Positions 34,261 to 44,413 of a stretch of 64,000 nucleotides of DNA are shown here, one piece after another. The notes below the pieces were generated by a model, which was not told the DNA's origin, did no database searches, and was given only the letters and a program-made list of their open reading frames with translations. The stretch comes from Anaeromyxobacter sp. (GTDB taxonomy: Bacteria; Myxococcota; Myxococcia; Myxococcales; Anaeromyxobacteraceae), in contig JASGJN010000014.1 in assembly GCA_049840735.1 (NCBI GenBank), forward strand, positions 205,946 through 269,945, in the 5' to 3' direction. Each line of letters starts with the position of its first letter. Position 1 is the stretch's first letter. A program made the translations under genes and the position numbers.

Positions 34261-35553
34261 CTACTGCGGCTTGATGTTGGCGGCGGAGGAGAGCAGCGAC
34301 AGCGCCTTCTCCTCCCTGATCCGGTTCTTTAGTGCGTCGCGCGCCTCGGCGCTGCGCGTCTGCTGCTGGACCTTCGCCAGGGGCAGCCCCAGCTCGTCCG
34401 CGATGCGGGCGGCCTCCGCCTGCAGGTCCTCCTCCGTGACCTCCACCTTCTCGGTGTCGGCGATGGCCTCCAGCAGGAGGGCGCCGCGCACCTGCAGGAG
34501 CGCCTGCTCACGCAGGTCGGCCCGCATCCGGGAGAGGTCCAGCTGGAGCCGGCGCAGGTCGATCCCCTGGCGGGCGAACCGCTCGGCCGCCCCCTCGATC
34601 ATCTGGTCGATGGCGCGCTCCACCAGGGCCGGCGGGACCTCGAAGTCGTTCTTCTCGAGCGCCGCCTTCACCAGGCCGTCCTTCAGCTCGGACTCGGCGC
34701 GGCGCTGCTCGCGCTTCTCCAGGTCGGTGCGGATCCGGGCGCGCAGGGCGTCCAGCGTCTCCACGCCCTCGATGCCGACCTCCTTGGCGAAGGCGTCGTC
34801 CAGGGCGGGGAGCTGCTGCACCTTGAGCGACTTGAGCGTCACCTTCACGCGGGCGGTCTTGCCGGCCACGGCGGGGTCGCGGTGGTCGGCCGGGAACGGC
34901 TGGTCGAACTCGACGGTCTCGCCCAGCTTCTTGCCCTTGAGCTGCTCGAGGTTGCCGGCGGCGATCTCGCCCGGCGCGACCTTGACGGTGACGCCCTCGG
35001 CCTTGCTGCCCTCGAACGGCTGGCCGTCGATGGTCCCCTCGTGGTCGATCACCGCCCAGTCGCCCTCCTGCGCCTCGAACCGCCCCTCGGCGTCGACCAG
35101 CTGGGAGAAGGACTGCTGCAGGCGGGTCAGCTCGCCGGCGACCATGTCGTCGGTCACCTCGGGCGGCTTCCGCGTGACCTCGAGGCCGCGGTAGTCCTTC
35201 GGCTCGAGCTTGGGCTTCACCTCGACGCGGGCCGAGTAGGAGAACGCCTTGCCCTCCGCGATGCCCTCGGCGATGGAGACGCTGGGGGCGGCCACGATGG
35301 GCAGCGCCTCGACCCGGACGGCCTCGGCGAAGGTGTCGGTGACGATCCGCTCGGCGACCTCGCTCTCGACCTCGGCGCGGAACTGGCGCTCCAGCACCTT
35401 GCGCGGCGCCTTGCCGGGCCGGAACCCGCGCAGCTTCACCCGCCGCGAGAGGCCCGAGTACGCTTGCTCGAGCTCCTTCGCGACGCGCTCCGGATCCACC
35501 TCGATGGTGACCTTGCGCTCGACCGGGGAGACCGTCTCGACCTGGATCTTCAT
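34261..35553 (-). CDS. tig: Trigger factor
   Basis: GFRPGKAP ribosome-binding motif; FKBP-like middle domain; precedes clpP. Confidence 0.97.
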   Translation of the reverse strand: MKIQVETVSPVERKVTIEVDPERVAKELEQAYSGLSRRVKLRGFRPGKAPRKVLERQFRAEVESEVAERIVTDTFAEAVRVEALPIVAAPSVSIAEGIAEGKAFSYSARVEVKPKLEPKDYRGLEVTRKPPEVTDDMVAGELTRLQQSFSQLVDAEGRFEAQEGDWAVIDHEGTIDGQPFEGSKAEGVTVKVAPGEIAAGNLEQLKGKKLGETVEFDQPFPADHRDPAVAGKTARVKVTLKSLKVQQLPALDDAFAKEVGIEGVETLDALRARIRTDLEKREQRRAESELKDGLVKAALEKNDFEVPPALVERAIDQMIEGAAERFARQGIDLRRLQLDLSRMRADLREQALLQVRGALLLEAIADTEKVEVTEEDLQAEAARIADELGLPLAKVQQQTRSAEARDALKNRIREEKALSLLSSAANIKPQ

Positions 35554-35595
35554 GTTTCCTTCGACCTTTGCAGGAATAGGGCGTGAAAGGGCGTA

Positions 35596-35624
35596 GTGCT
35601 ACGGTGCGCGGGGGGCAGGGTCAA
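35596..35624 (-). promoter_or_regulatory. sigma70-type promoter for tig
   Basis: TTGACC-N17-TAGCAC on the minus strand. Confidence 0.5.
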
Positions 35625-35632
35625 GGGGAGAG

Positions 35633-35714
35633 TGGGCGGGGAGGGGGTCGAACCCTCACGCCTTGCGGCACTGGATCCTAAGTCCAGCGCGTCTGCCAGT
35701 TCCGCCACCCGCCC
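35633..35714 (-). tRNA. tRNA-Leu(TAG)
   Basis: Cloverleaf GGGCGGGTGGCGGAACTGGCAGACGCGCTGGAC-TTAG-GATCCAG with long variable arm and GTTCGA. Confidence 0.95.
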
Positions 35715-35865
35715 AGGGTCACCGGGTCTTTACCACGACCCCGGCCTTCGGCTGGAGCGCCCCTGCGCGCACCCATCCCACACCGTGGGCACAGCCCTCG
35801 GGCCGGTGCCCGGTGCGGCGGCGCCCCCCGCGACGCCCGCCCCGCTCCTGTAGTAAGAGGGGCCC

Positions 35866-36273
35866 GTGGAGAACCCCCACGACCATCCCCCCGAGGGCGC
35901 GTGCGCCCCCACCTGCCCCGCCTGGTCGCAGGGCGCGCTGGAGCTGTTTGCGCTGCAGCGCCGCTACGCCGAGATGCTGGAGGCCTGCCGGGCGGCAGCC
36001 TCGATCGAGTGCGTCATCGTGGCGCCGGCCGCGCCCGCAGTGGTGGTCCCGGAGTACCTGCAGGACGAGGAGCTGGTCCGGGTGAACCTGGTGGTGGGCC
36101 GCGACACGCCCGAGGTGCTGCTGGACGAATGGGGGATCCGCTGCAACCTCACCTTCCGCGGCCGGCGGCACGACTGCGCCTTCCCCTGGCCCTCGGTGCT
36201 GGCCGGCATCCTGCGCGCCCCCGAGCGGAAGCGGCCGCGGTTCGGCGTGATCCAGGGCGGGAAGAAGGATTAG
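35866..36273 (+). CDS. SspB-like ClpXP specificity factor
   Basis: VVVPEYL...VRVNL...DEWGIRCNLTFRG...CAFPWPSV and C-terminal RPRFGVIQGGK. Confidence 0.65.
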   Translation: MENPHDHPPEGACAPTCPAWSQGALELFALQRRYAEMLEACRAAASIECVIVAPAAPAVVVPEYLQDEELVRVNLVVGRDTPEVLLDEWGIRCNLTFRGRRHDCAFPWPSVLAGILRAPERKRPRFGVIQGGKKD

Positions 36274-36304
36274 CGGGCGGGCGGTCCGCCCGCGGCCCGG
36301 TCTC

Positions 36305-36354
36305 GTCCTTCGACTCCGCCGCGGCACGGCCGCGGCTACGCTCAGGACGAACGG
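36305..36354 (+). repeat. Repeat family A, copy 10
   Basis: GTCCT-TCGACTCC-GCCGCGGC acg GCCGCGGC-TACGCTC-AGGAC-GAACGG. Confidence 0.85.
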
Positions 36355-36386
36355 TGGAGCGGCGCCGCGGCCCTCACCGTCGAAGC

Positions 36387-36418
36387 AAAAAGGCCCTCCG
36401 GTTTCCCGGAGGGCCTTC
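36387..36418 (-). terminator. Intrinsic terminator of the tRNA cluster
   Basis: AAGGCCCTCCGG-tttc-CCGGAGGGCCTT with a T-tract on the minus strand. Confidence 0.85.
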
Positions 36419-36421
36419 ATG

Positions 36422-36494
36422 TGAGCGCGGAAGGAATCGAACCTTCAACCTATGGATTAAGAGTCCATTGCTCTGCCAGTTGAGCTACGCGCCC
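36422..36494 (-). tRNA. tRNA-Lys(CTT)
   Basis: GGGCGCGTAGCTCAACTGGCAGAGCAATGGACT-CTT-AATCCAT...GTTCGATT. Confidence 0.95.
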
Positions 36495-36526
36495 AAGGAC
36501 TCCCCTCGGTACGTCGAGGGGCCGCG

Positions 36527-36555
36527 TATGTAGCAACGTCCGCCGGACCTGTCAA
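36527..36555 (-). promoter_or_regulatory. sigma70-type promoter for tRNA-Lys
   Basis: TTGACA-N17-TACATA. Confidence 0.6.
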
Positions 36556-36615
36556 CGACCTCTGGCACCTGCACAGGCGCCCGGCGGTGGGTGGATGGAA
36601 GATGCGGCGGAGGAG

Positions 36616-36689
36616 CACGCCCGGAGGGACTCGAACCCCCGACCCGCGGCTTAGAAGGCCGCTGCTCTGTCCAGCTGAGCTACGGGCGC
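36616..36689 (-). tRNA. tRNA-Arg(TCT)
   Basis: GCGCCCGTAGCTCAGCTGGACAGAGCAGCGGCCT-TCT-AAGCCGC. Confidence 0.95.
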
Positions 36690-36751
36690 AGAGGGTCTCG
36701 ACCGGGCCTTGCTGGGCCTCAGGCTTCAGGCCTCAGGCCTCGGGAAAAAGG

Positions 36752-36827
36752 TGGGTGAGTAAAGGGGCTCGAACCCTTAACCCCCGGATCCACAGTCCAG
36801 TGCTCTACCGATTGAGCTATACTCACC
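36752..36827 (-). tRNA. tRNA-His(GTG)
   Basis: G-1 extension GGTGAGTATAGCTCAATCGGTAGAGCACTGGACT-GTG-GATCC. Confidence 0.95.
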
Positions 36828-36865
36828 GTAAAATCTGTCCAGCGCTCCCCGTCCTCCTCGTCCAG

Positions 36866-36939
36866 CGCGCCCGGAGGGAATCGAACCCCCGACCTGCGGC
36901 TTCGAAGGCCGACGCTCTATCCGACTGAGCTACGGGCGC
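36866..36939 (-). tRNA. tRNA-Arg(TCG)
   Basis: GCGCCCGTAGCTCAGTCGGATAGAGCGTCGGCCT-TCG-AAGCCG. Confidence 0.92.
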
Positions 36940-37007
36940 ATCGTGCGACGACGCCCGCGTCGTGGCCTCCTCGGGCGCCTCACCATCCAACCAGTGCTGT
37001 CAAAGAA

Positions 37008-37081
37008 TCGGGGCGGCCGGATTCGGACCGGCGACCTCCTGCGCCCAAGGCAGGCGCGCTACCAGGCTGCGCTACGCCCCG
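37008..37081 (-). tRNA. tRNA-Pro(TGG)
   Basis: CGGGGCGTAGCGCAGCCTGGTAGCGCGCCTGCCT-TGG-GCGCAGG; T-loop reads GTCCGAAT (likely base-call error). Confidence 0.9.
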
Positions 37082-37158
37082 GAAAAGCGTGAGTGGTACC
37101 GAATACCACCGGCGGTCCCCGAGAGCGCGGGGATCTCAGCCGAACCAGCGGCGTCCCG

Positions 37159-37878
37159 TCAAGGGTTGCGAGCGTTTGCGAGCCTGGCCAGCACCGGGAC
37201 GAGGCGGCGAAACGCCTCGCCGCGGTGGGAGAGGGCGTCCTTCTCTTCCGCGCCCAGCTCCGCCATGGTCCGCGGCCGCTCCCCTGCCCCGCCGCCCGGC
37301 TGCGCCTCGGGGATGAAGAGCGGGTCGTACCCGAACCCCTCGCTGCCCCGCCGCTCGTGGCCGATCCGGCCCCGGCAGGTGCCGGTCACGCTGTCCAGGA
37401 TGGTGCCGTCCGGAGCCGAGATGGAGAGCACGGCCTGGTAGCCGGCGCCGCGCTCAGGGTCCGGCACGCCGGCCAGCAGGCGCAGCAGCTTGTCGTTGTT
37501 CCGCTCGTCGCGCGCGGCCCGCCCGGCCACCGGCCCCAGCTCCGCCTCGGCGGCCTCGGCCAGCTGGCACACCGGGCTCTGCGGCCCCAGCCCCGCCCCC
37601 AGGTCGGACCAGCGCGCGGAGTGCACCCCGGGCGCGCCGCCCAGGGCGTCCACGCACAGGCCGGAGTCGTCGGCCAGCGCGTGCAGCCCGGACCAGGCGG
37701 CCCACTCGCGCGCCTTCTTGTCGGCGTTCTCGCGGAAGGTGGCGCCGTCCTCCTCCACCTCCGGGACCGGCCGCCCCAGCTCCTCCGGCGAGACCACCCG
37801 CACCTCCAGCCCCGCCACGAGCCGCCGCAGCTCGCGGAGCTTGCCGGGGTTGGTGGTGCCGAAGAGGAGCGTCAGCAT
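37159..37878 (-). CDS. rdgB: Non-canonical purine NTP pyrophosphatase (Ham1 family)
   Basis: TTNPGKLRE, ADDSGL, GAPGVHSAR, GFGYDPLF, SHRG; follows rph. Confidence 0.93.
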   Translation of the reverse strand: MLTLLFGTTNPGKLRELRRLVAGLEVRVVSPEELGRPVPEVEEDGATFRENADKKAREWAAWSGLHALADDSGLCVDALGGAPGVHSARWSDLGAGLGPQSPVCQLAEAAEAELGPVAGRAARDERNNDKLLRLLAGVPDPERGAGYQAVLSISAPDGTILDSVTGTCRGRIGHERRGSEGFGYDPLFIPEAQPGGGAGERPRTMAELGAEEKDALSHRGEAFRRLVPVLARLANARNP

Positions 37879-37882
37879 GCGT

Positions 37883-38602
37883 CTAGCGGCCCCCGAGGGC
37901 GGCCTTCTGCAGCTCGCCCAGCGTGGAGATCCCCTCCAGCGCGGCGTCCAGCATCCGGTCCAGGTCGGCGCGCGGGAAGGCCTTCCCCTCGGCCGTGCCC
38001 TGCACCTCCACCAGCGAGCCCTCGCCGGTGGCGACCACGTTCATGTCCACCTCGGCGGTGGAGTCCTCGCCGTAGTCGAGGTCGAGGCAGACGCGCCCCT
38101 CCACCATGCCCACCGAGACCGCGGCCACGCTCCGCTTCACCGGGTCGGAGGCCAGGGGCTTCCGCTTCTGGATGGAGCGGATGGCGAACACCAGCGCCAC
38201 GTAGGCGCCGGTGATGGCCGCCGTCCGCGTGCCGCCGTCGGCCTGGATGACGTCGCAGTCCAGGGTCACGGTCCGCGGCCCCAGCGCGCGCAGGTCCACC
38301 GCCGCCCGGAGGGCCCGGCCGATGAGCCGCTGGATCTCCAGCGTGCGGCCGCCCTGCTTGCCGCGGGCCGCCTCGCGCTGCATGCGCTCGTGGGTGGAGC
38401 GGGGCAGCATGCCGTACTCCGCCGTCACCCAGCCGGCGCCGGTGCCGTAGACGTGGGGCGGCACCTTGTCGTCCACCGAGGCGGTGCAGAGGACGTGGGT
38501 GTCGCCGAAGCGGGCCAGGCAGGAGCCCTCGGCGTGCCGGCTGACGCCGGCCTCGAGGACGATCTTTCGGAGCTCGCGGTCGCCGCGGCCGTTGGTGCGC
38601 AT
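37883..38602 (-). CDS. rph: Ribonuclease PH
   Basis: [39 protein letters not shown]. Confidence 0.97.
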   Translation of the reverse strand: MRTNGRGDRELRKIVLEAGVSRHAEGSCLARFGDTHVLCTASVDDKVPPHVYGTGAGWVTAEYGMLPRSTHERMQREAARGKQGGRTLEIQRLIGRALRAAVDLRALGPRTVTLDCDVIQADGGTRTAAITGAYVALVFAIRSIQKRKPLASDPVKRSVAAVSVGMVEGRVCLDLDYGEDSTAEVDMNVVATGEGSLVEVQGTAEGKAFPRADLDRMLDAALEGISTLGELQKAALGGR

Positions 38603-38723
38603 GGCCGGCTGAACTAGCACGGCGCAGCGGGCCGCGCCATGGCTTGAAGTGCGGCCCTGCGCCCCTGCCCGGCCCGGACGATGGAGCCGGCGCTCCGAGC
38701 CTGCCCCGAAGGCCCCAGGCCTC

Positions 38724-39491
38724 CTACTTGCTGGCCCGGCGCCCCTCGACCCGGAAGGCCTTGACGCCGTCGGCGATGGCCCCGGCGATCTGCTCCTGGT
38801 ACTCCGGCGTCCGCAGCCGCGCCGCGTCGGCCTGGTGGGAGATGAACCCCACCTCCAGCAGCACCGCCGGCATCCGCGCCCCCGCCAGCACGTAGAAGGG
38901 GGCCTGCTTCACGCCCCGGTCCTCGGTCCCCAGCGTCGCCACCAGCCGCTCGTGGACGGCGTAGGCCAGGCGCGAGGAGCCGGAGAGGCTCTCGGCGTCC
39001 TCCAGGTCGTCGAGGATGGCGCCCACCGGGTCGGCCGGGTCCGGCTCGGGCTCGCCGGCGATCCGGTCGGCGTTCTCGCGGGCGGCCACGGCGTTGGCGT
39101 GGCCGTCGCTGGCGTCGGCGGAGAGGAAGTAGGTCTCCACGCCGCTGGTCCGCTCGCGCGCCTCCGCGGTGGGCATGGAGTTGAGGTGGATGGAGACGAA
39201 GAGGTCGGCGCGGATGGCGTTCGCGATGGCGGCCCGGTTGGCCAGCGGCACCTCGATGTCGCCGGTGCGGGTGAGGATCACCCGCCCGCCCTGCTTCTTG
39301 AGCGCGGCGGCCACCCGGCGGGCGATCTCCAGCGTGAGGTCCTTCTCGCAGGTGACGCCGTCCGGCGCCACGGCGCCGTCCTGGGGTCCGCCGTGGCCGG
39401 GGTCGATCACCACCACGAAGGCCGGCGCGGGCGGCGCCTTGCCGGCGGCGCTGGCGAGCGCGAGGAGCGCGGCGGCGAGGGAGGCGAGCAT
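38724..39491 (-). CDS. N-acetylmuramoyl-L-alanine amidase (Amidase_3)
   Basis: [29 protein letters not shown]; signal peptide. Confidence 0.93.
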   Translation of the reverse strand: MLASLAAALLALASAAGKAPPAPAFVVVIDPGHGGPQDGAVAPDGVTCEKDLTLEIARRVAAALKKQGGRVILTRTGDIEVPLANRAAIANAIRADLFVSIHLNSMPTAEARERTSGVETYFLSADASDGHANAVAARENADRIAGEPEPDPADPVGAILDDLEDAESLSGSSRLAYAVHERLVATLGTEDRGVKQAPFYVLAGARMPAVLLEVGFISHQADAARLRTPEYQEQIAGAIADGVKAFRVEGRRASK

Positions 39492-39555
39492 GCGGGCACC
39501 GATAGTAGCAGAGCCGGGCGGCCCACCCCGTGTACGCGGCGGTGGGCGCGCCTGC

Positions 39556-42172
39556 TCAGACCCCCGAGGGCAGCCGACGCGGGGCGTGCGCCGGCGCGGC
39601 GCGGTCCAGCCGGAACGCGCCCACCATCCCCGCCAGCTCCTCGGCCTGGCCGTTGAGCTCGCTGGCCGCGGAGGAGGACTCCTCCGCCGAGGCGGCGTTC
39701 TGCTGCGTGACCTTGTCCATCTCGTTCACGGCGCGGTTCACCTGGTCGATGCCGGCCACCTGCGCCTTCGAGGCCTCGGCCATCTCCGACACGATGTCGC
39801 CGACCTTGGTGATGCCGCCCACGATCTCGCCCAGCTTGGCGCCGACGTGCTGCGCCGTCACCTGCCCCTCCCCGGCCTCCTTCACCGACTGGCGGATCAG
39901 CTCCTCGGTCTTGGTGGCCGCCTCCTTGGCCCGCAGGGCCAGGCTGCGCACCTCCTCGGCCACCACCGCGAAGCCGCGCCCGGCCTCGCCGGCCCGGGCC
40001 GCCTCCACCGCCGCGTTGAGCGCGAGCAGGTTGGTCTGGAAGGCGATGTCGTTGATGTCCCTGATGATCTGCGAGGTGCCCTCGGCGCTCTGCTTGATCT
40101 TCCCCATGGCGCCCTGCATCTGCTCCACCGCGGCGGCGCCCTCGGTGGCCGCGCCGCGGGCGGTGCGCGCCAGCGCGTTGGCCTGCTGCGCGTTGTCGGT
40201 GGCGTGGCGGGTGATGGAGAGCACCGACTCCAGGCTGGAGGAGGTCTCCTGCAGCGAGCTGGCCTGCTGGCTGGCGCCGCTGGCCACGGCCTGGCTGGAG
40301 GAGGCGATCTGCTGCGAGGCGCTGCTCACCTGCTCGGCGGCCGCCGCCACCTGGGCGATGGCGTCGTGCAGCGCGGCGGCGGTGGCGTTGAGCGCGTCCT
40401 TGAGCCGGGCGTGGTCGCCCGGGTAGGCGCCGGTCATGCGCACCCGCAGGTCGCGGCGCGACAGCTCCTCCAGCACGCGCGTGGCCTCGCCCACCGGCGC
40501 CAGCAGCGAGGTGACCGTGGCGTTCACGCGCTCGGCCAGCTGCCGCGCGTCGTGCTGGTAGGCCGAGGCGTCCACGCGGGCGGAGAGGTGGCCCCCGGCC
40601 AGCGCGGCCAGCATGGCCTGGACGTCCGCCACCGGGCGCTGCAGCGCGTCCAGCGTCTGGTTCACGCCCTGGACGATGCGGCGGTAGTCGCCCTCGTGGC
40701 GGCCCGGGTCGGCGCGCTGGCCGGTGTGGCCGGCCAGGGCGGCGCGGGAGAGCTGGTCCACGTCGGCGATGACGGCCTTGAGCCGCGCCCGCACCCGCTC
40801 CACGGTTCTCGTTCACCACCGCGCGCTTGCCGGGGAACCGCTCCAGCGCCGCCTCGAAGTTGCCCTTCCCGAACTGGTCCACGCACTCGAGCAGCTTGCG
40901 GGTCAGCGCCAGCTGGTCGGCGGCCATGCCGTTCACGCCCTGGGCGATGGCGCCGAACCCGCCGGCGAAGCGGCCGGCGTCGATGGCGGCGTCGGTGTCG
41001 CCCGCGGCCTGGGCCTGGGTGACGCGGGTCAGCTCCTCCACCAGGCCGCGCAGGTTGCCCCGGACCTGGTCGAGGATCCCGTTCACCTGGCGCTTCTTGC
41101 CCGGCAGCGGCGGCAGCGTGGCGTCGAAGTTGCCGCGCGCGTACTCGGCCACCGTCTGCATGGCGCGGCCGATCATGGTCACGTGGCTCTGCACCATGGC
41201 GTTCACGCCCAGCCCGATCTCCCGGTACGCCCCGGCGAACCGCCTCGCGTCCACGGCGGCGTCGAAGTCGCCGGCCTCCTGCTCGCGGCTCATGCGCGCC
41301 AGCTCGCCCAGCACGCCCTGCACGTTGGCGGAGAGCGTCTCCACGCACTGGGCCACGTAGGCCAGCTCGCTGGTGGAGCCGACCTCGGTGCGCCCGGTGA
41401 ACTCGCCGCGCGCCACGCCGTCCAGGCTGCTCACCAGCGCCTCGAAGCTGCGCCGGGAGCCCAGGCCCGACTCGCGCAGCATGAAGGCCATGCCCAGCGA
41501 GCTCAGGCCGCCGATCGCCAGCAGGTGCAGGCCCAGGTCGGTGTAGGCCACGCCGGAGGCGGAGCGGGCGAAGAGGAAGGCCAGGGTGAGCACCGGCATG
41601 GTGGCCACGCCCAGCGCCAGCCAGAGGCGTCGCGCGCTCTCCGGGAGCGCCACCGCCTCCTGGCGCGAGAGCCGCACCGACCCGAGCTCCGGGCCGTCCA
41701 GCAGCGGCGCGAAGACGTTCTCGGCCGTCAGGTAGGTCTGGAAGGTCGAGTAGGGGATGACGATGAGCAGCAGCAGGGCGAAGGCCAGGACCTGGAGCGC
41801 GGAGATCCCCGCGGTGAGCCAGATGGCCAGCACCACGCCCGCCACGCCCAGGATCCAGCGGGTCGCGCTCTGGATCGCCTCCTGGCGCGGCAGCGCGATG
41901 GCGCCCAGCCTGGCGCGCTTGAGCGAGGCCGGCGTGCCCTCGGCGATGCCGGCGCCGATGGCGGCCAGCCGCCCCTTGAGCAGCACGGCGCCCCACACCG
42001 AGGTGACCGCGACCGCGACCAGGGCCCCGATCGCCAGCGCCCAGATCTGCGCGCGCTCGAGGCCGCTGGAGAAGGCGACGAAGTAGACGGCGAAGGGGAC
42101 GGCGACCGCGGTCACCCGCAGCTCGCGGCGGAGGGTGAGGCGCCGGGCCAGCGCGTCGGTGGAGAGGGTCAT
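39556..42172 (-). CDS. Methyl-accepting chemotaxis protein with multi-TM N-terminus and tandem HAMP-like repeats; frameshift near 40807
   Basis: [37 protein letters not shown] signalling hairpin; repeated GVN/GxF segments. Confidence 0.92.
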
Positions 42173-42416
42173 GGCGGTCGCTCCGTGGGCGTTGGGGGCC
42201 CGAGTGCGACCGGCCGGTGCAAGGGACGATCCCCCGGGTTCGGCTGGCTCCGGTGGACGCCTCGCGTCATCGCCGGAAAACCACCTGGAGCCTCGCCGGC
42301 TTGGACATGCCTGCGCCAGGCCGTCGCCCCCCGAGGCCGGCCGCCGTGGCGCGCCGCGAACCCGGCGGGTCCGGACGACCCGCCGCGCCGACCCGCACGC
42401 GCCAGCGCGGGCCCCG

Positions 42417-43476
42417 CTACGCGAGCTCGAGCCGGGGCGGGTCTCCGGGCAGCACCTCGCCCACCTCCACCGCGGCGACGCCGGCGGCGCGCAGCCGCTC
42501 CAGCAGCGCCGCCGCCAAGGCCGCGTCCACCGCGGCCAGCAGGCCGCCGTTGGTCTGGGCGTCGGCCAGCACCTGCAGCAGGTCCTCTGCGAAGCCGGGC
42601 GGCGCCACGACATGCGCCCGCACCCACGCCAGGTTGGCCTTCGAGCCGCCGGGCACCACGTCGCGCACGGCCAGGTCGCGGACGCCGTCCAGCACCGGCA
42701 CCGCGCTCGTCCGGAGCCGCAGCGTCACGCCGGAGCCCTCGGCCATCTCCCAGCCGTGGCCCAGCAGGCCGAAGCCGGTCACGTCGGTCAGCGCGTGCAC
42801 CTGCGCCGGACCGGCCGCGGCCAGCACCTCGCCGGCGGCGCGGTTGAGCGTGGACATCACCTCCACCGCGCGGTCGAGGAGCCCGGCCGGCGCCAGGTCG
42901 CGCTTCAGGGCGGTGGTGGCGATGCCGGAGCCGAGCGGCTTGGTGAGCAGCAGCCGGTCGCCCGGCCGCGCCCCCACGTTGCGCAGCACGCGGGCCGGGT
43001 GGACCTCCCCGGTCACGGCCAGCCCGTACTTGGGCTCTGGGTCGTCGATGCTGTGGCCGCCCAGGATGGGCGCGCCGGCCAGCCGGGCGGTTCTCGGCCC
43101 CGCCGCGCAGCACCTCGCCCAGCAGCTCCATGGGGAGAGTCCGCGCCGGCCAGCCGACCAGGTTGAGCGCGAAGAGCGGGCGCGCCCCCATGGCCCAGAT
43201 GTCGGAGAAGGCGTTGGCCGCCGCGATGCGCCCGAACCAGTAGGCGTCGTCCACCACCGGCGTGAAGAAGTCCACCGTCTCCACCACCGCCCGCTCGGCG
43301 TCGAGCGCGTACACGGCGGCGTCGTCGCGCGTGTCGTGGCCGACCAGCGCGTTGGGGTCCTGCACGGCGGGGAGGCGGCGCAGCACGTGCGCCAGGTCCG
43401 CGGGGCGGAGCTTGCAGGCTCAACCCGCGCCGTGGCTGAGCTGCGTCAGCCGGACGGTCTTCTCCTGTTCGGACAT
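42417..43476 (-). CDS. selD: Selenide, water dikinase with in-frame UGA (Sec) at 43420-43422; frameshift near 43092
   Basis: MSEQEKTVRLTQLSHGAG-U-ACKL, DDAAV, TVDFFTP, DVTGFGLLGH, DAQTNGGLL. Confidence 0.95.
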
Positions 43477-43519
43477 GCGGAAGGGATAACGCCTTGTCTA
43501 CGCGGGTGAGATGTCTCCG

Positions 43520-43671
43520 GGGGCGGGGGCCCCAGCGAAGCTGGGGGAGGGGGCGAAGCCCCCTCGGCGGCGGATAGCGCGCAAGGCCGCAGGCCGCAGC
43601 GCGCTCGGCTCCGCCGTGGCGGGGGTGGGGCCCCGACGGCTTGGCCGGCGGGGCGGGGGTGCAACCCCCGT
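43520..43671. repeat. Structured repeat family B, copy 1
   Basis: Same multi-hairpin architecture as 59906-60081. Confidence 0.75.
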
Positions 43672-44372
43672 CATCCCCCTGCATTCAGCTGCAGGTACAT
43701 CTCCGCGTTGCGGTTGCCGGGGGAGATCTCGAGCACGGTCTGCCAGTGCTTGATGGCCTCCTCCTTGCGGCCGGCCGCGAAGAGCACCAGGCCCAGGTTG
43801 AGCCGCGCCGGCACGAAGGACGGGCTCTGCTTCACGACCTCCTCGTACTCGGCGATGGCGGCGTCGCGCTCGCCGCCGTCGCGCAGCGCGCCGGCCAGCT
43901 TGGCGCGGATGTCCACGAACGCGGGGCCGAGCGAGAGGGCGCGGCGGTACTCGGCCACGGCCTCGGGGTAGAGGCCGGAGGAGAGGTACACGTCGCCGAT
44001 GTCGGCGTACATGTTGGCCAGCTTGCCCTGCACGTAGCGGTCGAGCTTGCCGTGGTTGGCGCCGGACTTCGCCATCGCGTGGCGGTAGGTCTCCTGCGCC
44101 TCCTTGTACTTGCCGGTGTCGTTGTACGTGACGGCCAGGTTGAGCGCGGCGTCGGTGTACCCGGGGTTGATCCGCAGCGCGGCCTCGAAGGCCCGGAGCG
44201 CCTTCTGGTACTGCCCCTGGTCGTGGTAGATGACGCCCAGCATGTTGTAGACGTCGGCGAACGACTGGTTACGCTCGACCACCTCCGTCAGGTACTGCTC
44301 CGCGAGGCCGTACTCCTTCTTGAGGTAGTAGCCGCGGCCCAGCGCGAAGGCCTGCTTGAGCGTCTCGTCCAT
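43671..44372 (-). CDS. Tetratricopeptide repeat protein
   Basis: Repeated ADVYNMLGVIY...A...F..AL.INP TPR units. Confidence 0.9.
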   Translation of the reverse strand: MDETLKQAFALGRGYYLKKEYGLAEQYLTEVVERNQSFADVYNMLGVIYHDQGQYQKALRAFEAALRINPGYTDAALNLAVTYNDTGKYKEAQETYRHAMAKSGANHGKLDRYVQGKLANMYADIGDVYLSSGLYPEAVAEYRRALSLGPAFVDIRAKLAGALRDGGERDAAIAEYEEVVKQSPSFVPARLNLGLVLFAAGRKEEAIKHWQTVLEISPGNRNAEMYLQLNAGG

Positions 44373-44413
44373 GGTGCGATCCTCCGTTCGCCTGCGGGGA
44401 GTCTACCGCGTGT

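Noticed and set aside
35633..37081. Genomic island integrated at a tRNA
   Set aside because: No integrase, no duplicated tRNA 3' end, and flanks are housekeeping genes
37008..37081. Non-canonical T-loop (GTCCGAAT) in tRNA-Pro
   Set aside because: Single substitution in error-prone sequence; most likely a base-call error
42173..42416. c-di-GMP (GEMM) riboswitch upstream of the MCP
   Set aside because: Could not find the GNAAA/GCAAA core or P1/P2 layout by eye; an Rfam scan would settle it
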